Of a stretch of DNA of 64,000 bases, positions 42,825 to 53,312 are shown piece by piece. Under the pieces are notes generated by a model that did no database searches, was not told the DNA's origin, and saw only the letters and a list, made by a program, of their open reading frames with translations. A program made the translations under genes and the position numbers. Numbering within the stretch: position 1 is the stretch's first letter; the number at the start of each line of letters is the position of its first letter. The stretch covers positions 32,001-96,000 of the forward strand of contig CAVRBU010000003.1 of assembly GCA_963719315.1 (NCBI GenBank). Direction: 5' to 3'. Source of the stretch: an uncultured Planctomycetota bacterium (GTDB lineage Bacteria; Planctomycetota; Planctomycetia; Pirellulales; Lacipirellulaceae).

Positions 42825-44240
42825 TTAACCCACGCTGCCTTCCATTTGCAGCTCGATGAGGCGGTTCATTTCGACGGCGTATTCCATTGGCAGTTCTTTC
42901 ACCAGCGGCTCGATGAAACCGCTCACGATCATCGAGCTCGCTTCCGGCTCGGTCAGGCCGCGGCTTTGGAGGTAGAAAAGCTGCTCTTCGCCAATGCGTG
43001 AAACGCTTGCCTCGTGTTCGACCTGCACGTCTTGCTCTTCGACTTCAATGTAGGGGTAGGTATCGCTGCGGCTGGCCGGGTCGAGAATCAGGGCGTCGCA
43101 CACGACGTTGCTCTTGGAGCCCACCGCGCCATCTTGAATTTTGCACAAACCGCGGTAACTCGCGCGGCCGCCGTTCTTGCTGATGCTCTTGGAAATGATG
43201 CGGCTCTTGGTGTGCGGGGCACAGTGGACGACCTTCGCGCCGGCATCCTGGTGCTGGCCCTTCGAGGCGAACGCGATCGACAGGATCTCGCCGCGGGCGC
43301 CAGGCTCCATCATGTAGACGGCCGGGTACTTCATCGTCAGTCGGCTGCCGAGGTTGCCGTCGATCCATTCCATGAGCGAATCGCCGTACGCGACGGCCCG
43401 CTTCGTGACCAAATTGTAGATGTTGTTGGCCCAGTTCTGGATCGTGGTGTATCGGCAGCGTGCGCCGCGGCGGACAACGATCTCGACCACCGCCGAATGG
43501 AGGCTCTCGCTGGTATACATCGGGGCTGTGCAGCCTTCGACGTAATGCACTTCGGCCCCCTCATCGACGATGATCAGCGTTCGTTCGAACTGGCCCATCC
43601 GCTCGGCGTTGATGCGGAAATATGCCTGCAGCGGGAACTCGATCTTCACGCCCTTGGGCACGTAAATGAACGAGCCGCCCGACCACACTGCCGAGTTGAG
43701 GGCCGCGAATTTGTTGTCCTCCGGCGGAATGATCGAGCCGAGGTATTCGCGCACTAGATCGGGGTGCTCCCGGAGCGCCGAGTCCGTATCGGTGAAAATG
43801 ACGCCCTTTTTGCCCAAATCTTCCTGCAGCGAGCCGTAAACGACTTCGCTCTCGAACTGGGCTTTGACGCCGGCCAGATATTTCTTCTCCGCCTCTGGAA
43901 TGCCCAGCTTGTCGAACGTTTCCTTGATCTCCGCCGGCACATCGTCCCAGGTCTTGCCTTGGTGATCGGTCGGTTTGAGATAGTAGTAGATATCCTGGAA
44001 ATCGATGCCGATATCGCCGCCCCAGCGGGGCATGGGCTTCGACTCGAAGATCTTCAGCGATCGCAGCCGGAAATCGCGCATCCACGCCGGTTCCTGCTTC
44101 ATCTCCGAGATGGCGGAGACGATTTGTGGATTCAGACCGCGCTCGGCCTTGAAGACCGCATGCGACGGCGTGATGAAATCATATTTGTTGATTTCGCCTA
44201 GTCCGGCTTCGTCCGGAGCAGACATCAAATCAGTGGCCAT
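42825..44240 (-). CDS. sufB: Fe-S assembly protein SufB
   Basis: [48 protein letters not shown]. Confidence 0.97.
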   Translation of the reverse strand: MATDLMSAPDEAGLGEINKYDFITPSHAVFKAERGLNPQIVSAISEMKQEPAWMRDFRLRSLKIFESKPMPRWGGDIGIDFQDIYYYLKPTDHQGKTWDDVPAEIKETFDKLGIPEAEKKYLAGVKAQFESEVVYGSLQEDLGKKGVIFTDTDSALREHPDLVREYLGSIIPPEDNKFAALNSAVWSGGSFIYVPKGVKIEFPLQAYFRINAERMGQFERTLIIVDEGAEVHYVEGCTAPMYTSESLHSAVVEIVVRRGARCRYTTIQNWANNIYNLVTKRAVAYGDSLMEWIDGNLGSRLTMKYPAVYMMEPGARGEILSIAFASKGQHQDAGAKVVHCAPHTKSRIISKSISKNGGRASYRGLCKIQDGAVGSKSNVVCDALILDPASRSDTYPYIEVEEQDVQVEHEASVSRIGEEQLFYLQSRGLTEPEASSMIVSGFIEPLVKELPMEYAVEMNRLIELQMEGSVG

Positions 44241-44394
44241 GGTTCTATCCTAACTCTCGAATATCCACCACTAAGACACAAAGAACGCGTAGTTCCATTG
44301 CTAGACCCTACTGCATTCTTACTTCAAAGCAATCTGGCGCCCTTCGCATCTTCGTGGTGCAATCGATTGAATTCGTTGCTCGTTCAAATCTCAC

Positions 44395-45234
44395 CTAAGC
44401 AATACTCGCGGCTAGCTTTTTTTCCGCCTTCTCGGCGGCCGACATTTCTCTTTCTTTGGCGGCGTCTTCCGGATGTCGCAAGCGGACTTTGTCGTAACCT
44501 TCGGTATACAACTCGCGGGCCAGTTCCACGCCCCCCGTCTCAACGATTCGGCCGCCCAGCATCACGTGGGTGAAGTCTGGCACGTTGTGCTCCAACAGGC
44601 GATCGTGATGCGTGATGATCAGGATTCCCATCTCCGCGCCGCCGATCTCGGCGATGCTCTGGCTGGCCAGCTTCACCGCATCCACGTCGAGTCCACTATC
44701 GGTTTCGTCGAGGATTGCGAACTTCGGCCGCAGCATGGCAAGTTGCAAAATCTCAGCCCGCTTCATCTCGCCACCGGAGAAGCCGTCGTTCACATATCGG
44801 CGGGCGAACTCCTCGTCCATCCGCAGTTGGCTCATCTTATTCTTGAGCTCCTTGCGAAATTCGCGCATCGGAATAAGCTGCTCGCCTTCCTTGCGGTCTG
44901 GATTGCGGACGTTTGTCGTCGCGTGCCGCAGGAAGTCGGCCATCTTCACGCCGGGAATCGCCATCGGCCGCTGAAACGCCATGAAAATGCCGGCCCGGGC
45001 CCGCTCGGTGGCGTCCCAATCGGAAATGTCCTGGCCGTTCAGCTCGATCGTGCCCTCGGTGACCTCATAGTTCGGGTGGCCCATGATCACGCCCGCCAGC
45101 GTACTCTTGCCGGAGCCGTTCGGGCCCATCAGCGCGTGCGTTTCGCCGCGGTTAATGGTCAGGTTCACGCCACTGAGAATCTGCTTGCCGCCGACGGCGA
45201 CGTGCAGGTTCGTAATCTTTAAAGTCTCGGTCAT
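44395..45234 (-). CDS. sufC: Fe-S assembly ATPase SufC
   Basis: MGPNGSGKST, VNDGFSGGEMKR.EILQ, LDETDSGLD. Confidence 0.97.
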   Translation of the reverse strand: MTETLKITNLHVAVGGKQILSGVNLTINRGETHALMGPNGSGKSTLAGVIMGHPNYEVTEGTIELNGQDISDWDATERARAGIFMAFQRPMAIPGVKMADFLRHATTNVRNPDRKEGEQLIPMREFRKELKNKMSQLRMDEEFARRYVNDGFSGGEMKRAEILQLAMLRPKFAILDETDSGLDVDAVKLASQSIAEIGGAEMGILIITHHDRLLEHNVPDFTHVMLGGRIVETGGVELARELYTEGYDKVRLRHPEDAAKEREMSAAEKAEKKLAASIA

Positions 45235-45323
45235 TCTAAGTTTTCAGTTTTCAGTCGTCAGTTATCGGTTCTTGAGATTCGTCTCAACTTGTCCACCGGC
45301 CGCGATGCTCCGCATCGCTGGAA

Positions 45324-45938
45324 CTACGCCGTAATCTTTTGGTGATCGAACAACGGGTCGTTGTCGGCCGGCGCCGCGACGTACCCGCTGTGGTGCGGCA
45401 CGGGCAGTTCATCATCGACCTTCACGCCGATTGACGCCCCGTGTTGCCGCGCGATCTTGTGCCCTTTGATCTTGTCCTGAATCCGCATTAACCCTTCCAG
45501 CAGCGACTCCGGTCGCGGTGGGCAACCCGGCACGTACACATCGACCGGCACTACCAAATCAACACCCTTCACCACGTGGTAGCCATACTTGAAATACGGT
45601 CCGCCGCCGACCGTGCAGGCGCCCATCGCGATCACGAATTTCGGATCCGGCATCATGTTGTAAAGTCGTCGCACGCGGCTGGCCATTTTGTACGTCACCG
45701 TGCCGGCGACGATCATCAGGTCAGCCTGCCGGGGGGTCGCCCGAAACGCGCCCGCCCCGAAGCGGTCCATGTCGAAACGACTCGCCCCGGCGGCCATCAT
45801 TTCGATTGCGCAGCAAGCCAAGCCAAACGTCAGCGGCCACACGCTGGACTGCCGCGCCCAGTTAATGGCTTGTTCGACCGTCGTCGTGATGACGTTTTCC
45901 TCAAACCGTCCTTCGATCCATGGCTGGTTTTGATTCAT
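45324..45938 (-). CDS. nuoB: NADH-quinone oxidoreductase subunit B (stand-alone)
   Basis: [44 protein letters not shown]. Confidence 0.95.
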   Translation of the reverse strand: MNQNQPWIEGRFEENVITTTVEQAINWARQSSVWPLTFGLACCAIEMMAAGASRFDMDRFGAGAFRATPRQADLMIVAGTVTYKMASRVRRLYNMMPDPKFVIAMGACTVGGGPYFKYGYHVVKGVDLVVPVDVYVPGCPPRPESLLEGLMRIQDKIKGHKIARQHGASIGVKVDDELPVPHHSGYVAAPADNDPLFDHQKITA

Positions 45939-46016
45939 CTTTTTATCTGATCTAGTTATTACGTAGCTGAATTCGCAAGAATTCAATCAACCACAGTTAC
46001 AAAGCACAATCATCGC

Positions 46017-46640
46017 TTATGACGCGCTCGGTGTGAAGGTGCAGCAGGTCGCGCCGTCCAATCGGCATTGTGTAAGCCGCACGTTTTCACCCAGGATTTC
46101 CGAGAGCATCAACTTTTCCATCGTGCACACGCCGCGATCCGCTTTGGCCAATTCTGGATAGGGGCAGGCAAGTGCCGAGAGAACCGGAAGAGACTTCGTA
46201 TCATCGACGGTGAATGGTATTTGCCGTTCACTCATGACGCCCGCGAGGGCCTGCATCCGTTCTCTCAGTGTGTTGCCCGAAACGTCGTTGCGGTAACGTT
46301 CCACAAAACGATCGGCAATGCGTTTCAACAACCCGCGGCGAATGGCCGGATCTTCGACCGATTTGATCTCGTCCCACAACACGGTGGCCAAATCCGCAAA
46401 GTTGTTTCCGGCCGATTGCTCACCCTTTTCAGTCAGCGAATAACGGTGATTGGGCCGCCCGCGACCGATACGCTCCGCCTGTCGCTCGATCAGACCCTCG
46501 TCGGTTAGTCTATGAAGTCGCTGGCGAATCGCCGTCGCGGTGACGCCCATTTCTGCGACCAACGCGGAAATCGTGGCTGCGCCGTGGCGTCGGATGAAAT
46601 CCAGCATCTGCTTGTCAGCGGTTTCAGTTTGCGCACTCAT
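46017..46640 (-). CDS. sufR: SufR-like winged-helix regulator
   Basis: TATAIRQ.L..L...GLI, GRGRP..Y.LT, C-terminal CPY...C..E...C.....CC; heads the suf run. Confidence 0.8.
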   Translation of the reverse strand: MSAQTETADKQMLDFIRRHGAATISALVAEMGVTATAIRQRLHRLTDEGLIERQAERIGRGRPNHRYSLTEKGEQSAGNNFADLATVLWDEIKSVEDPAIRRGLLKRIADRFVERYRNDVSGNTLRERMQALAGVMSERQIPFTVDDTKSLPVLSALACPYPELAKADRGVCTMEKLMLSEILGENVRLTQCRLDGATCCTFTPSAS

Positions 46641-46790
46641 ATGCAACCTGTGTTCGGTACACTCGGCTCCTACCACAATCCTAGCGACCCAGGGGTTTTA
46701 GACAACCCTATATGCGAATAATATTTTTTTTACGCAACCCATTTAATGACAACAGGTTAAGAACAATAACGATTCGCGAGCCGGGCAAAG

Positions 46791-47894
46791 TTAGACGGCG
46801 GAGACGGCCCGTAGTTCGTCGCTGGGGAAGCATTTGGCGACGACGGCTTGAAACTCGGCTGGTTGCGAGACCTTCACGACGCGACTTCGGAACTCGCGTG
46901 CCCCGGGCCGGCCTTGCGCGTAGCAGCACGCGTACTTGCGCATGAGCAGCGTTCCCTTGGTGTCGCCAAAGCGTTTACAGATGAGTTCGAAGTGATGCAG
47001 CAACAATTCGCGCTCCTCGGTAAGCGTCGGATCGGGCGGCACAGGATCCTCACGAAGGGCGGCTGCCGCTTGCCGGAAGAGCCACGGCTTGGCGAGCGAC
47101 GCCCGGGCGATCATCACACCATCGATGTCGTACCGTCGAAATGCATCGACGACCTTGCGGGCCGAGTCTAGATCGCCATTACCGATGAGCGGAATGTTTT
47201 TGAGATACGGCTTGATGGACGCGATGCGATCCCAGTCGGCGGAGCCGCGGAACATGTCGGCGGCTGTTCGGCCGTGAACGGTGAGCGCCGCGGCGCCGGC
47301 GCCTTCGACGACTTGGGCGATATCGATCGCGTTGATCGTATCGCGTGAGCAGCCGAGCCGGATTTTCGCCGTTACGGGCGTCGGTGCACAGGCTTTCACG
47401 ACACGCTCGATGATTTGCCCCATTCGGTCCGGTTCCCGGAGCAGATAGGAACCGCTGTGGGCCTTTTGGACGACATCGCGCACCGGGCAGCCGAAGTTGA
47501 TATCAACGACGCTAACGCGATACTCCTGCGCGAGTCGCACCCCGACTTTGGCGAGCGTTTCGGGATCGTTGTCCCACATTTGCACGGCCAGCGGCCGCGG
47601 TTCGTCGGCGACTCCCCACAAGCGATCGGGGTGCTCGGCCTCGTTTTCGGCCATCCACACGAAGCCTTTGGCGTTGACCATCTCGGTGGCGAGCAGACCC
47701 GCGCCGCCGAACTCGCGTACGATTTGGCGGAAGGCGTAATTCGTGTAGCCCGCCATTGGGGCCTGCAAAATAGGCGGATCGATGAGGATCGGGCCAATCC
47801 ACAGCGGCCGGACTCGCGGCGCCGGTAGCGTGTCTTCGATCGCAACGAGTGGCTGGGGGGCGCGGAGAAATCGAGTTGCGGTAAGCGGGCCCAT
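46791..47894 (-). CDS. dusB: tRNA-dihydrouridine synthase B
   Basis: APMAG.T, DINFGCP, KIRLG, VHGRT, GNGD, GVMIAR; start uncertain. Confidence 0.92.
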   Translation of the reverse strand: MGPLTATRFLRAPQPLVAIEDTLPAPRVRPLWIGPILIDPPILQAPMAGYTNYAFRQIVREFGGAGLLATEMVNAKGFVWMAENEAEHPDRLWGVADEPRPLAVQMWDNDPETLAKVGVRLAQEYRVSVVDINFGCPVRDVVQKAHSGSYLLREPDRMGQIIERVVKACAPTPVTAKIRLGCSRDTINAIDIAQVVEGAGAAALTVHGRTAADMFRGSADWDRIASIKPYLKNIPLIGNGDLDSARKVVDAFRRYDIDGVMIARASLAKPWLFRQAAAALREDPVPPDPTLTEERELLLHHFELICKRFGDTKGTLLMRKYACCYAQGRPGAREFRSRVVKVSQPAEFQAVVAKCFPSDELRAVSAV

Positions 47895-47985
47895 GCGTCT
47901 CATTATGCGGAAGTTTCGGGCCGCGCCAAACTCCGGGCCAGGAAGCCACAGCGACTCACTGCGGCGAGATGCCCGGGGAAAGCGG

Positions 47986-49316
47986 TCAGTGCGACGGCAC
48001 CAAAAGGGACCGCTCCCGGCGTGGGGCCGATTGTTTGGCCGATGTCGGCTGAGTACCGGACGCCGGTCGCACTTCATCATCGCGTTTGGCCGTATTGGTA
48101 ATAGCGGTCACCGCTGGCGGCGAGCCTTTAGCAAACGTCGACGGCGGGGATGAATCACCGCTCGATTGTCGATTGGGCGGCGGAGCCGGTGTAGCCGATT
48201 TTGTAGCTGTCGCTGTTGCGGTGGACCTGATCAGCATGCCGGTCAACCGTTCGGGGCTGACCTGGCCGGGCGACGCCAGCTCCGAGTAGCGGGCGATGCG
48301 GCGATTGTAGTCGCGGGCGATTTGAACGAACGCCCGCCGCCTCAGCGCCAATAGTTGCAGCGCTCGCAGGCTGTCGACTTCACTGCGAGTCGCGGCCACC
48401 GTGTCCAGATCTTGTTCCGAGCGCGAAACTGCCGTGGAGGCGTCTCTTAATTCGGTGTACCGCAACGGCAACAAAACGGCGAGCTCCTTGGCCTCGGCCG
48501 GACCGCCGCGACCGAAAATCTGATCGAAGTGCGTGTTGTAACTGGCACAATGGGGCGTATCGGCCGGCAGCGGCAAGTAGCTTGCGCCCCGACCCATGAA
48601 GCTGGCGACTCGCATTTGCGACGCCAGCGCCGCGCGCTGCGACGTGCCGCTTCGCACGCTCATCTCTTTTTCGGCCTGTTCCCAGGCCGGACCGACGCGC
48701 TGCACATACGTCCGCAGCTTTCGCATTTCTTCTTGCTCGTGCAAGCCGAGGTAGTAGTCGGCAATGCTGGAACACATGTCCCAGTAGGCGTCGACGCGCT
48801 GCGTTTGCTCGGCGCGGGTTCGCGCGCCGGCGATGACGTCGACCAGGGCAACCGGCTGGCCTCGAAGTTGCGAACCGCTGGGCGGATTGAGCATGGCCCG
48901 CATGAGACCAGACGGCGTAAGGGTTCCACCGGAAGGAGCCTGGTTGTTGGCCGGAACGTCGTATACGGCCGGCGTGGAGCGGGACGAGTTCGCGCCGTTA
49001 ATGGGCTGTGGAACCGCACCGATTATTGGCAACTGATTAGGAGCAGGCGGGCTTTTGGGCGTCGAATTGCGAAATAGGTCGGATTCGCCAACTGCGGCTG
49101 GAACCGATCCGGCTTTCGTTTTGGCTGAAGTGGGCGGCCTCCCAACGGCGCGAGTCGGCTGTCCGATACGCTTCCCGCTGCGTTGTTGGTTGATTCACCG
49201 ATCGGGGTTATTGCTTCTGAAGCGGCTTGCCCGGCCGGCGCGGGCGGATAACGGTTGTCGGCGGCTGTCAATTGGCCAGCAAGGACTATGCCGAGTACAA
49301 GCGCGCAAGCAAACAT
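47986..49316 (-). CDS. Secreted hypothetical protein, Pro/Ser-rich ends and helical core (frameshift near 49135)
   Basis: GGAGG + ATG49316 signal peptide; joins ORF 47986-49032 by a frame change. Confidence 0.7.
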
Positions 49317-49481
49317 GAACCGACCTCCGTGCGAGAAAGATTCCAAATCGAACCGACTATCGTTCAACTGCCGCTCCTCGATGGTTGTGCGGGCGTATGA
49401 GGCGCTATCAACGATGACGCTGGTTGTGATGGCAACTGCCTGGCGGCAGCCGTTAATAGGTCATGTAAAATCCATGCCAAT

Positions 49482-50591
49482 TCAGTCCAATTCTTCGAGC
49501 CACACGCGGAGTTCGTTTTCGTATTCGCTGGCCAAGTCGCCGCGGACTAATGTGCGTTGGAACTCGGCGAGGCCTTCGCTACCGGTGTCGGCTTGTTCGG
49601 CAGTGGCAAACCGCAGCATTGGGTCGGGAGCGGTTAGCCGGCGGCAGATCGTCATCAGCAGTTCGCTGTGGCGAACCTCGGGCGGCAACACTTTGTGCAG
49701 CCATTGCGGCAGCGTGCGTTTCTTTTCCAAGAGCGCGTCGTAGTCGCGGATGCCCGCAAACAGGGGCCGGCCGGCGAGTAGCTCGACGAGCACGTAACCG
49801 ACGCTGGCCAAGTCGGATCGCGGCGTTACCTCTTCGCGATCGAGCATTTCGGGCGCAGCATACTGCGGCGTACACGTTTTCTGCTGCGGCATGTTGTTCA
49901 GATCGAAGGCCGAGCCGATATCGATGATCTTCGCGTTCCCGGTCCGCTTGATCATGATGTTCGACGGCTTGATATCGCCGTGGACAATCTCCTCGCGATG
50001 TAGCGCGGCCAGCCCGGCCAGGCATTCACGGATGATGGCGGCCGCCATTCCCGGCTTCATCCGGATATGAGTGGGTCCGGCCGTGGCGATGACGTTATTG
50101 ATGTAATCCCAGCGTTTATTCGCGACGCGCACCTTTGCCCGTTCGAGCATCTGTGGCGCGAGCAGCGAATCGAGATCGTACCCATCGACCCATTCCATTT
50201 CCAACACGCGGATCCGGCGGCGCTCGATGAAGTTCTGCACATCGAGCAGGTTATCGTGCTGAATGAGGGCTACGCGGGAACTGACCTGAGCCATCCGCTC
50301 CATTGCTTCGCGGTAGCTGCGCTCGTCTTCGAATCGCTCGGGCGAGAAGAATTTGAGTGCGACAGGCAGCGTGAAGTTATCGGCGCCGCGCCGTTCGCTG
50401 AGATACACCACGCCTTGACCGCCTTTACCGAGCAGTCGCCGCAAGCGTAAGTGTTCGGTCCAACCCAACTTGGGCTGTTGGGTTAATTTTAGATAATGGT
50501 GAAATAATTCATGGACCCGGTTTTCGGGTCGGCTGCCGCCGCCGGGCATCACTGTTTGCGTCCCGTGCAACAGTGTCGTTGTCATGCTCAT
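49482..50591 (-). CDS. Hanks-type Ser/Thr protein kinase (cytoplasmic)
   Basis: LGKGGQGVVY, VALK, HGDIKPSN, DIG, YAAPE, SDLASVG. Confidence 0.93.
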   Translation of the reverse strand: MSMTTTLLHGTQTVMPGGGSRPENRVHELFHHYLKLTQQPKLGWTEHLRLRRLLGKGGQGVVYLSERRGADNFTLPVALKFFSPERFEDERSYREAMERMAQVSSRVALIQHDNLLDVQNFIERRRIRVLEMEWVDGYDLDSLLAPQMLERAKVRVANKRWDYINNVIATAGPTHIRMKPGMAAAIIRECLAGLAALHREEIVHGDIKPSNIMIKRTGNAKIIDIGSAFDLNNMPQQKTCTPQYAAPEMLDREEVTPRSDLASVGYVLVELLAGRPLFAGIRDYDALLEKKRTLPQWLHKVLPPEVRHSELLMTICRRLTAPDPMLRFATAEQADTGSEGLAEFQRTLVRGDLASEYENELRVWLEELD

Positions 50592-50836
50592 GTTGTGCCT
50601 CAAGTTGTGGTCGCGGAAACTCCATTCGCGCGAGTGGGCCAGCCTGCATTCTACTCAAGCTGACCATAAACCTTGATTTTACGTGCCAGCACGTCACTTA
50701 GTCCAGGCGAATGCAGAGCAAAGTTCCGGCAAAAACGCAACCTGTTTTCAGGTTGCTGCCGAAATAAACGGCGCTAATCGCCTCCATAGACAGCACCGTG
50801 GCGTCGTGAGATATCTCCCCGGCGATTTCTCGATCT

Positions 50837-51847
50837 CTATTGCGACGGCGAATCCGGCAGCGGAAATCCGAGTTGCTTATCGACAAAATTGACCAGCGGG
50901 CGGCCGGCGAAGTAGCGGCGGAGATTTTCGCAGAAAAAGTTGGTCATGTCGTCGATGCGTGTGGCGGACTGGCCGCCGACGTGGGGCGTGATGATTACGT
51001 TGGGGAGATCCCACAGGCGGCTGTCGCGCGGCAGTGGCTCGGGATCGACAACGTCGACGGCCGCTCCGCCGAGATGGCCGGATTCGAGCGCATCGATTAA
51101 ATCTTCGGTGATCACGAGCTGTCCGCGGGCGACGTTTACAACGATCGCGCCCCGCGGCAGAAGCGCAAGTCGGCGGGCGCCGATCATCCCGCGAGTGACC
51201 GGCGTCAATGGCGCGGCCAGGATGAGAATATCGATCCTAGGGAGCATTTCATCGACCGCGTCGGCAGGCAGCAGCTTTTCTACTTGGGGCGGCTTGTTCC
51301 CCACAAACCAGTCGGTGGCGAGGATCGTGGTGCGAAATGCGCTGAGCACTTCCGCCAAACGGCGGCCGTTGCGGCCGAGGCCGATGATGCCGATTCGTGT
51401 GCCATGCAAGTCGCGGGTCGGACGGCGGATGAGTTCGTGCTTCTGTTGGGCCCGGAAGTAGGTCGGCAGGCTGCGTAGCAGCCCGGCGAGGAGGGCCAGC
51501 GTGTGGTCGGCGACCTGATTTGCGAGAACGCCCGATGCGCTTGTGACCGTGATCTCGGACTCCACGACGGATGGCACGAGGCAATGGTCGAGCCCGGCGG
51601 CGGAGGATTGAATCCAGCGGAGGCGGCCTTGGCGCACCACCTCGTCCCAAGGCGTGGGAACCTTGGTGTGTCCACAAAAAATGTCGGCCGTGGGCAGCAG
51701 TTCCGCGATGCGTTCCTGGCCGGCGTCGATGACGTCGGCATGCGGGGCGGCGGCGGCGATTTGATCGACGTGCCGTGGCTCGACCGGGTAGCACAGAACG
51801 ATGCGCGGCCGACCGGTAGCGGCTGGCAACGGAGGCGGGATTGGCAT
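50837..51847 (-). CDS. D-2-hydroxyacid dehydrogenase
   Basis: GIIGLGRNG, PLT..TRGMI, VNVARG, VDV..PEPLP, ITPHVGG. Confidence 0.93.
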   Translation of the reverse strand: MPIPPPLPAATGRPRIVLCYPVEPRHVDQIAAAAPHADVIDAGQERIAELLPTADIFCGHTKVPTPWDEVVRQGRLRWIQSSAAGLDHCLVPSVVESEITVTSASGVLANQVADHTLALLAGLLRSLPTYFRAQQKHELIRRPTRDLHGTRIGIIGLGRNGRRLAEVLSAFRTTILATDWFVGNKPPQVEKLLPADAVDEMLPRIDILILAAPLTPVTRGMIGARRLALLPRGAIVVNVARGQLVITEDLIDALESGHLGGAAVDVVDPEPLPRDSRLWDLPNVIITPHVGGQSATRIDDMTNFFCENLRRYFAGRPLVNFVDKQLGFPLPDSPSQ

Positions 51848-51948
51848 AACATAGGTTGTTGCCTGATTGCGATGTTGTGACAAGCCCGAGAGCCGCCTCC
51901 TCGGTTGGCATTCCCTCGACTCGGCTCGGGCCTGCAAATTCGTAGTTG

Positions 51949-52011
51949 GTAGGGTGGGCATTGCCCACCATCGTCTTAACACGATTCGCTTGGTGGGCGG
52001 CGCCACCCTGC
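51949..52011. repeat. GTAG-type REP doublet
   Basis: GTAGGGTGGGCATTGCCCACCA ... TGGTGGGCGGCGCCACCCTGC, inverted. Confidence 0.7.
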
Positions 52012-52032
52012 ATCCTGTAACGCGCATTCATC

Positions 52033-53127
52033 ATGATTATCGATCGTCGCCGAATTCTGGGCGGTTTTGGAGTCTTCGCGCTGGTGCTCTTGCGACTGGT
52101 GATCGGCTGGCACTTTTTTGGCGAAGGGACAAAGAAGGTAGAATGGGACCGACACACCGGTCGATTCCACATGGTCTTCTCGGCGGACGATTTCTTGGTG
52201 CAGGCGAAGGGGCCTCTCGCGCCACTGTATTTGGCGCATACGCCCAGTGAACATGCGTGGCGGACGCTGCTCGCCTCACCACGCGAGAATAAGCCGCCGA
52301 CGGCAGACGAGACTGACCAGCAAACCAAATGGGCGCGAGATTATTCGAAGCGGCGTAGCGAAGCCAAGTCAAAGGGCGAAGCGACGCCGGTGGAATTTGC
52401 GCCGAGCACGGCTTCACACGACTGGGCGACAAAAATCGCCGATGATTGGCGGACCGGCGTGAACCGGTTTAGAACGGCCGCCGGCATCACGGATGCACAA
52501 AGAGCGGAGGCCGAGAAGGCCCTCGCTTCGCGGCTTGACGAGCTGTCGGATTACATCGCGAGCGTGGAACAGGACGTCGCCGTATATCGGCACGAGTTGT
52601 GGCGGCTCGCGAACTGGCGGCAGTCGCCCGAGGGCGGCGAGGTGCCGTTTTACGGGCAACGAATCGCGGCGAAAACCGGTGAGACCACCGCTGCTGCGGC
52701 GGGTTGGAGGGAGCAGGTTCGACTATTGGAGGAGGGTTTACGCGACGACCTTAGCGCGATCTTGACCTCCGAACAACGGAATGAACCGGCAACGGCGTCG
52801 ACTGTGGAAAAAGCCCTGGAAGACCCCAATCAGCACGCGCTGAACTTCATCAATACGACTGCGACCGCAGTGACCATTGGCGTGGGCGCATGCCTGATTT
52901 TAGGCCTTTTTACGCGATTGGCGTCGATCGTCGGGGCCCTGTTCCTGTTCGGCGTCATCGCCTCACAGCCATTTTGGATCTCCGGGACCGCACCAACCAT
53001 CAATTACTGCGTAGAACTTGCAGCCTTACTTGTCTTGGCGGGAACCGGCGCGGGCCGCTGGGCCGGAATGGACGGCTGCCTGGGGGCACTCTTTGGCCGG
53101 CGACGGGCGCTTACCGTACAAGAGTAA
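52033..53127 (+). CDS. DoxX-family membrane protein with large soluble insert
   Basis: LLRLVIGWHFF.EG..K, CLILGLFTRLA, GRWAGMD. Confidence 0.85.
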   Translation: MIIDRRRILGGFGVFALVLLRLVIGWHFFGEGTKKVEWDRHTGRFHMVFSADDFLVQAKGPLAPLYLAHTPSEHAWRTLLASPRENKPPTADETDQQTKWARDYSKRRSEAKSKGEATPVEFAPSTASHDWATKIADDWRTGVNRFRTAAGITDAQRAEAEKALASRLDELSDYIASVEQDVAVYRHELWRLANWRQSPEGGEVPFYGQRIAAKTGETTAAAAGWREQVRLLEEGLRDDLSAILTSEQRNEPATASTVEKALEDPNQHALNFINTTATAVTIGVGACLILGLFTRLASIVGALFLFGVIASQPFWISGTAPTINYCVELAALLVLAGTGAGRWAGMDGCLGALFGRRRALTVQE

Positions 53128-53136
53128 TAGATTATT

Positions 53137-53285
53137 AATCACGGAGTTCACAGAAGCAGATTTGGTCATTTGTCATTGGTGATTTGAAATTGGTCATTTC
53201 GGAAATGGCGCATGACAAACGAATATTTTGCAATGACAATTCCGGCTTTTTATTTTCGAGCCTTCCGTGCCCTGTATGGTGAAAA
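53137..53285. repeat. Nested heptamer (TGGTCAT) and nonamer (CACGGAG / CCGTG) inverted arrays
   Basis: tggtcat ttgtcat tggtgat ttgaaat tggtcat ... atgacaa ... atgacaa, bracketed by cacggagttcacaga / ttccgtgccctgtatggtg. Confidence 0.7.
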
Positions 53286-53312
53286 ATAATTTTGTCGAGT
53301 GAGTGATAAGCG

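Noticed and set aside
46690..46765. SufR operator (TTTTAGACAACCC / TTTTACGCAACCC)
   Set aside because: AT-rich and plausibly regulatory, but no clean CAAC-N6-GTTG palindrome; cannot be supported without comparative data.
47986..49032. TolC-like outer-membrane factor
   Set aside because: Helical pattern is suggestive, but no beta-barrel strands or two-repeat architecture can be recognised.
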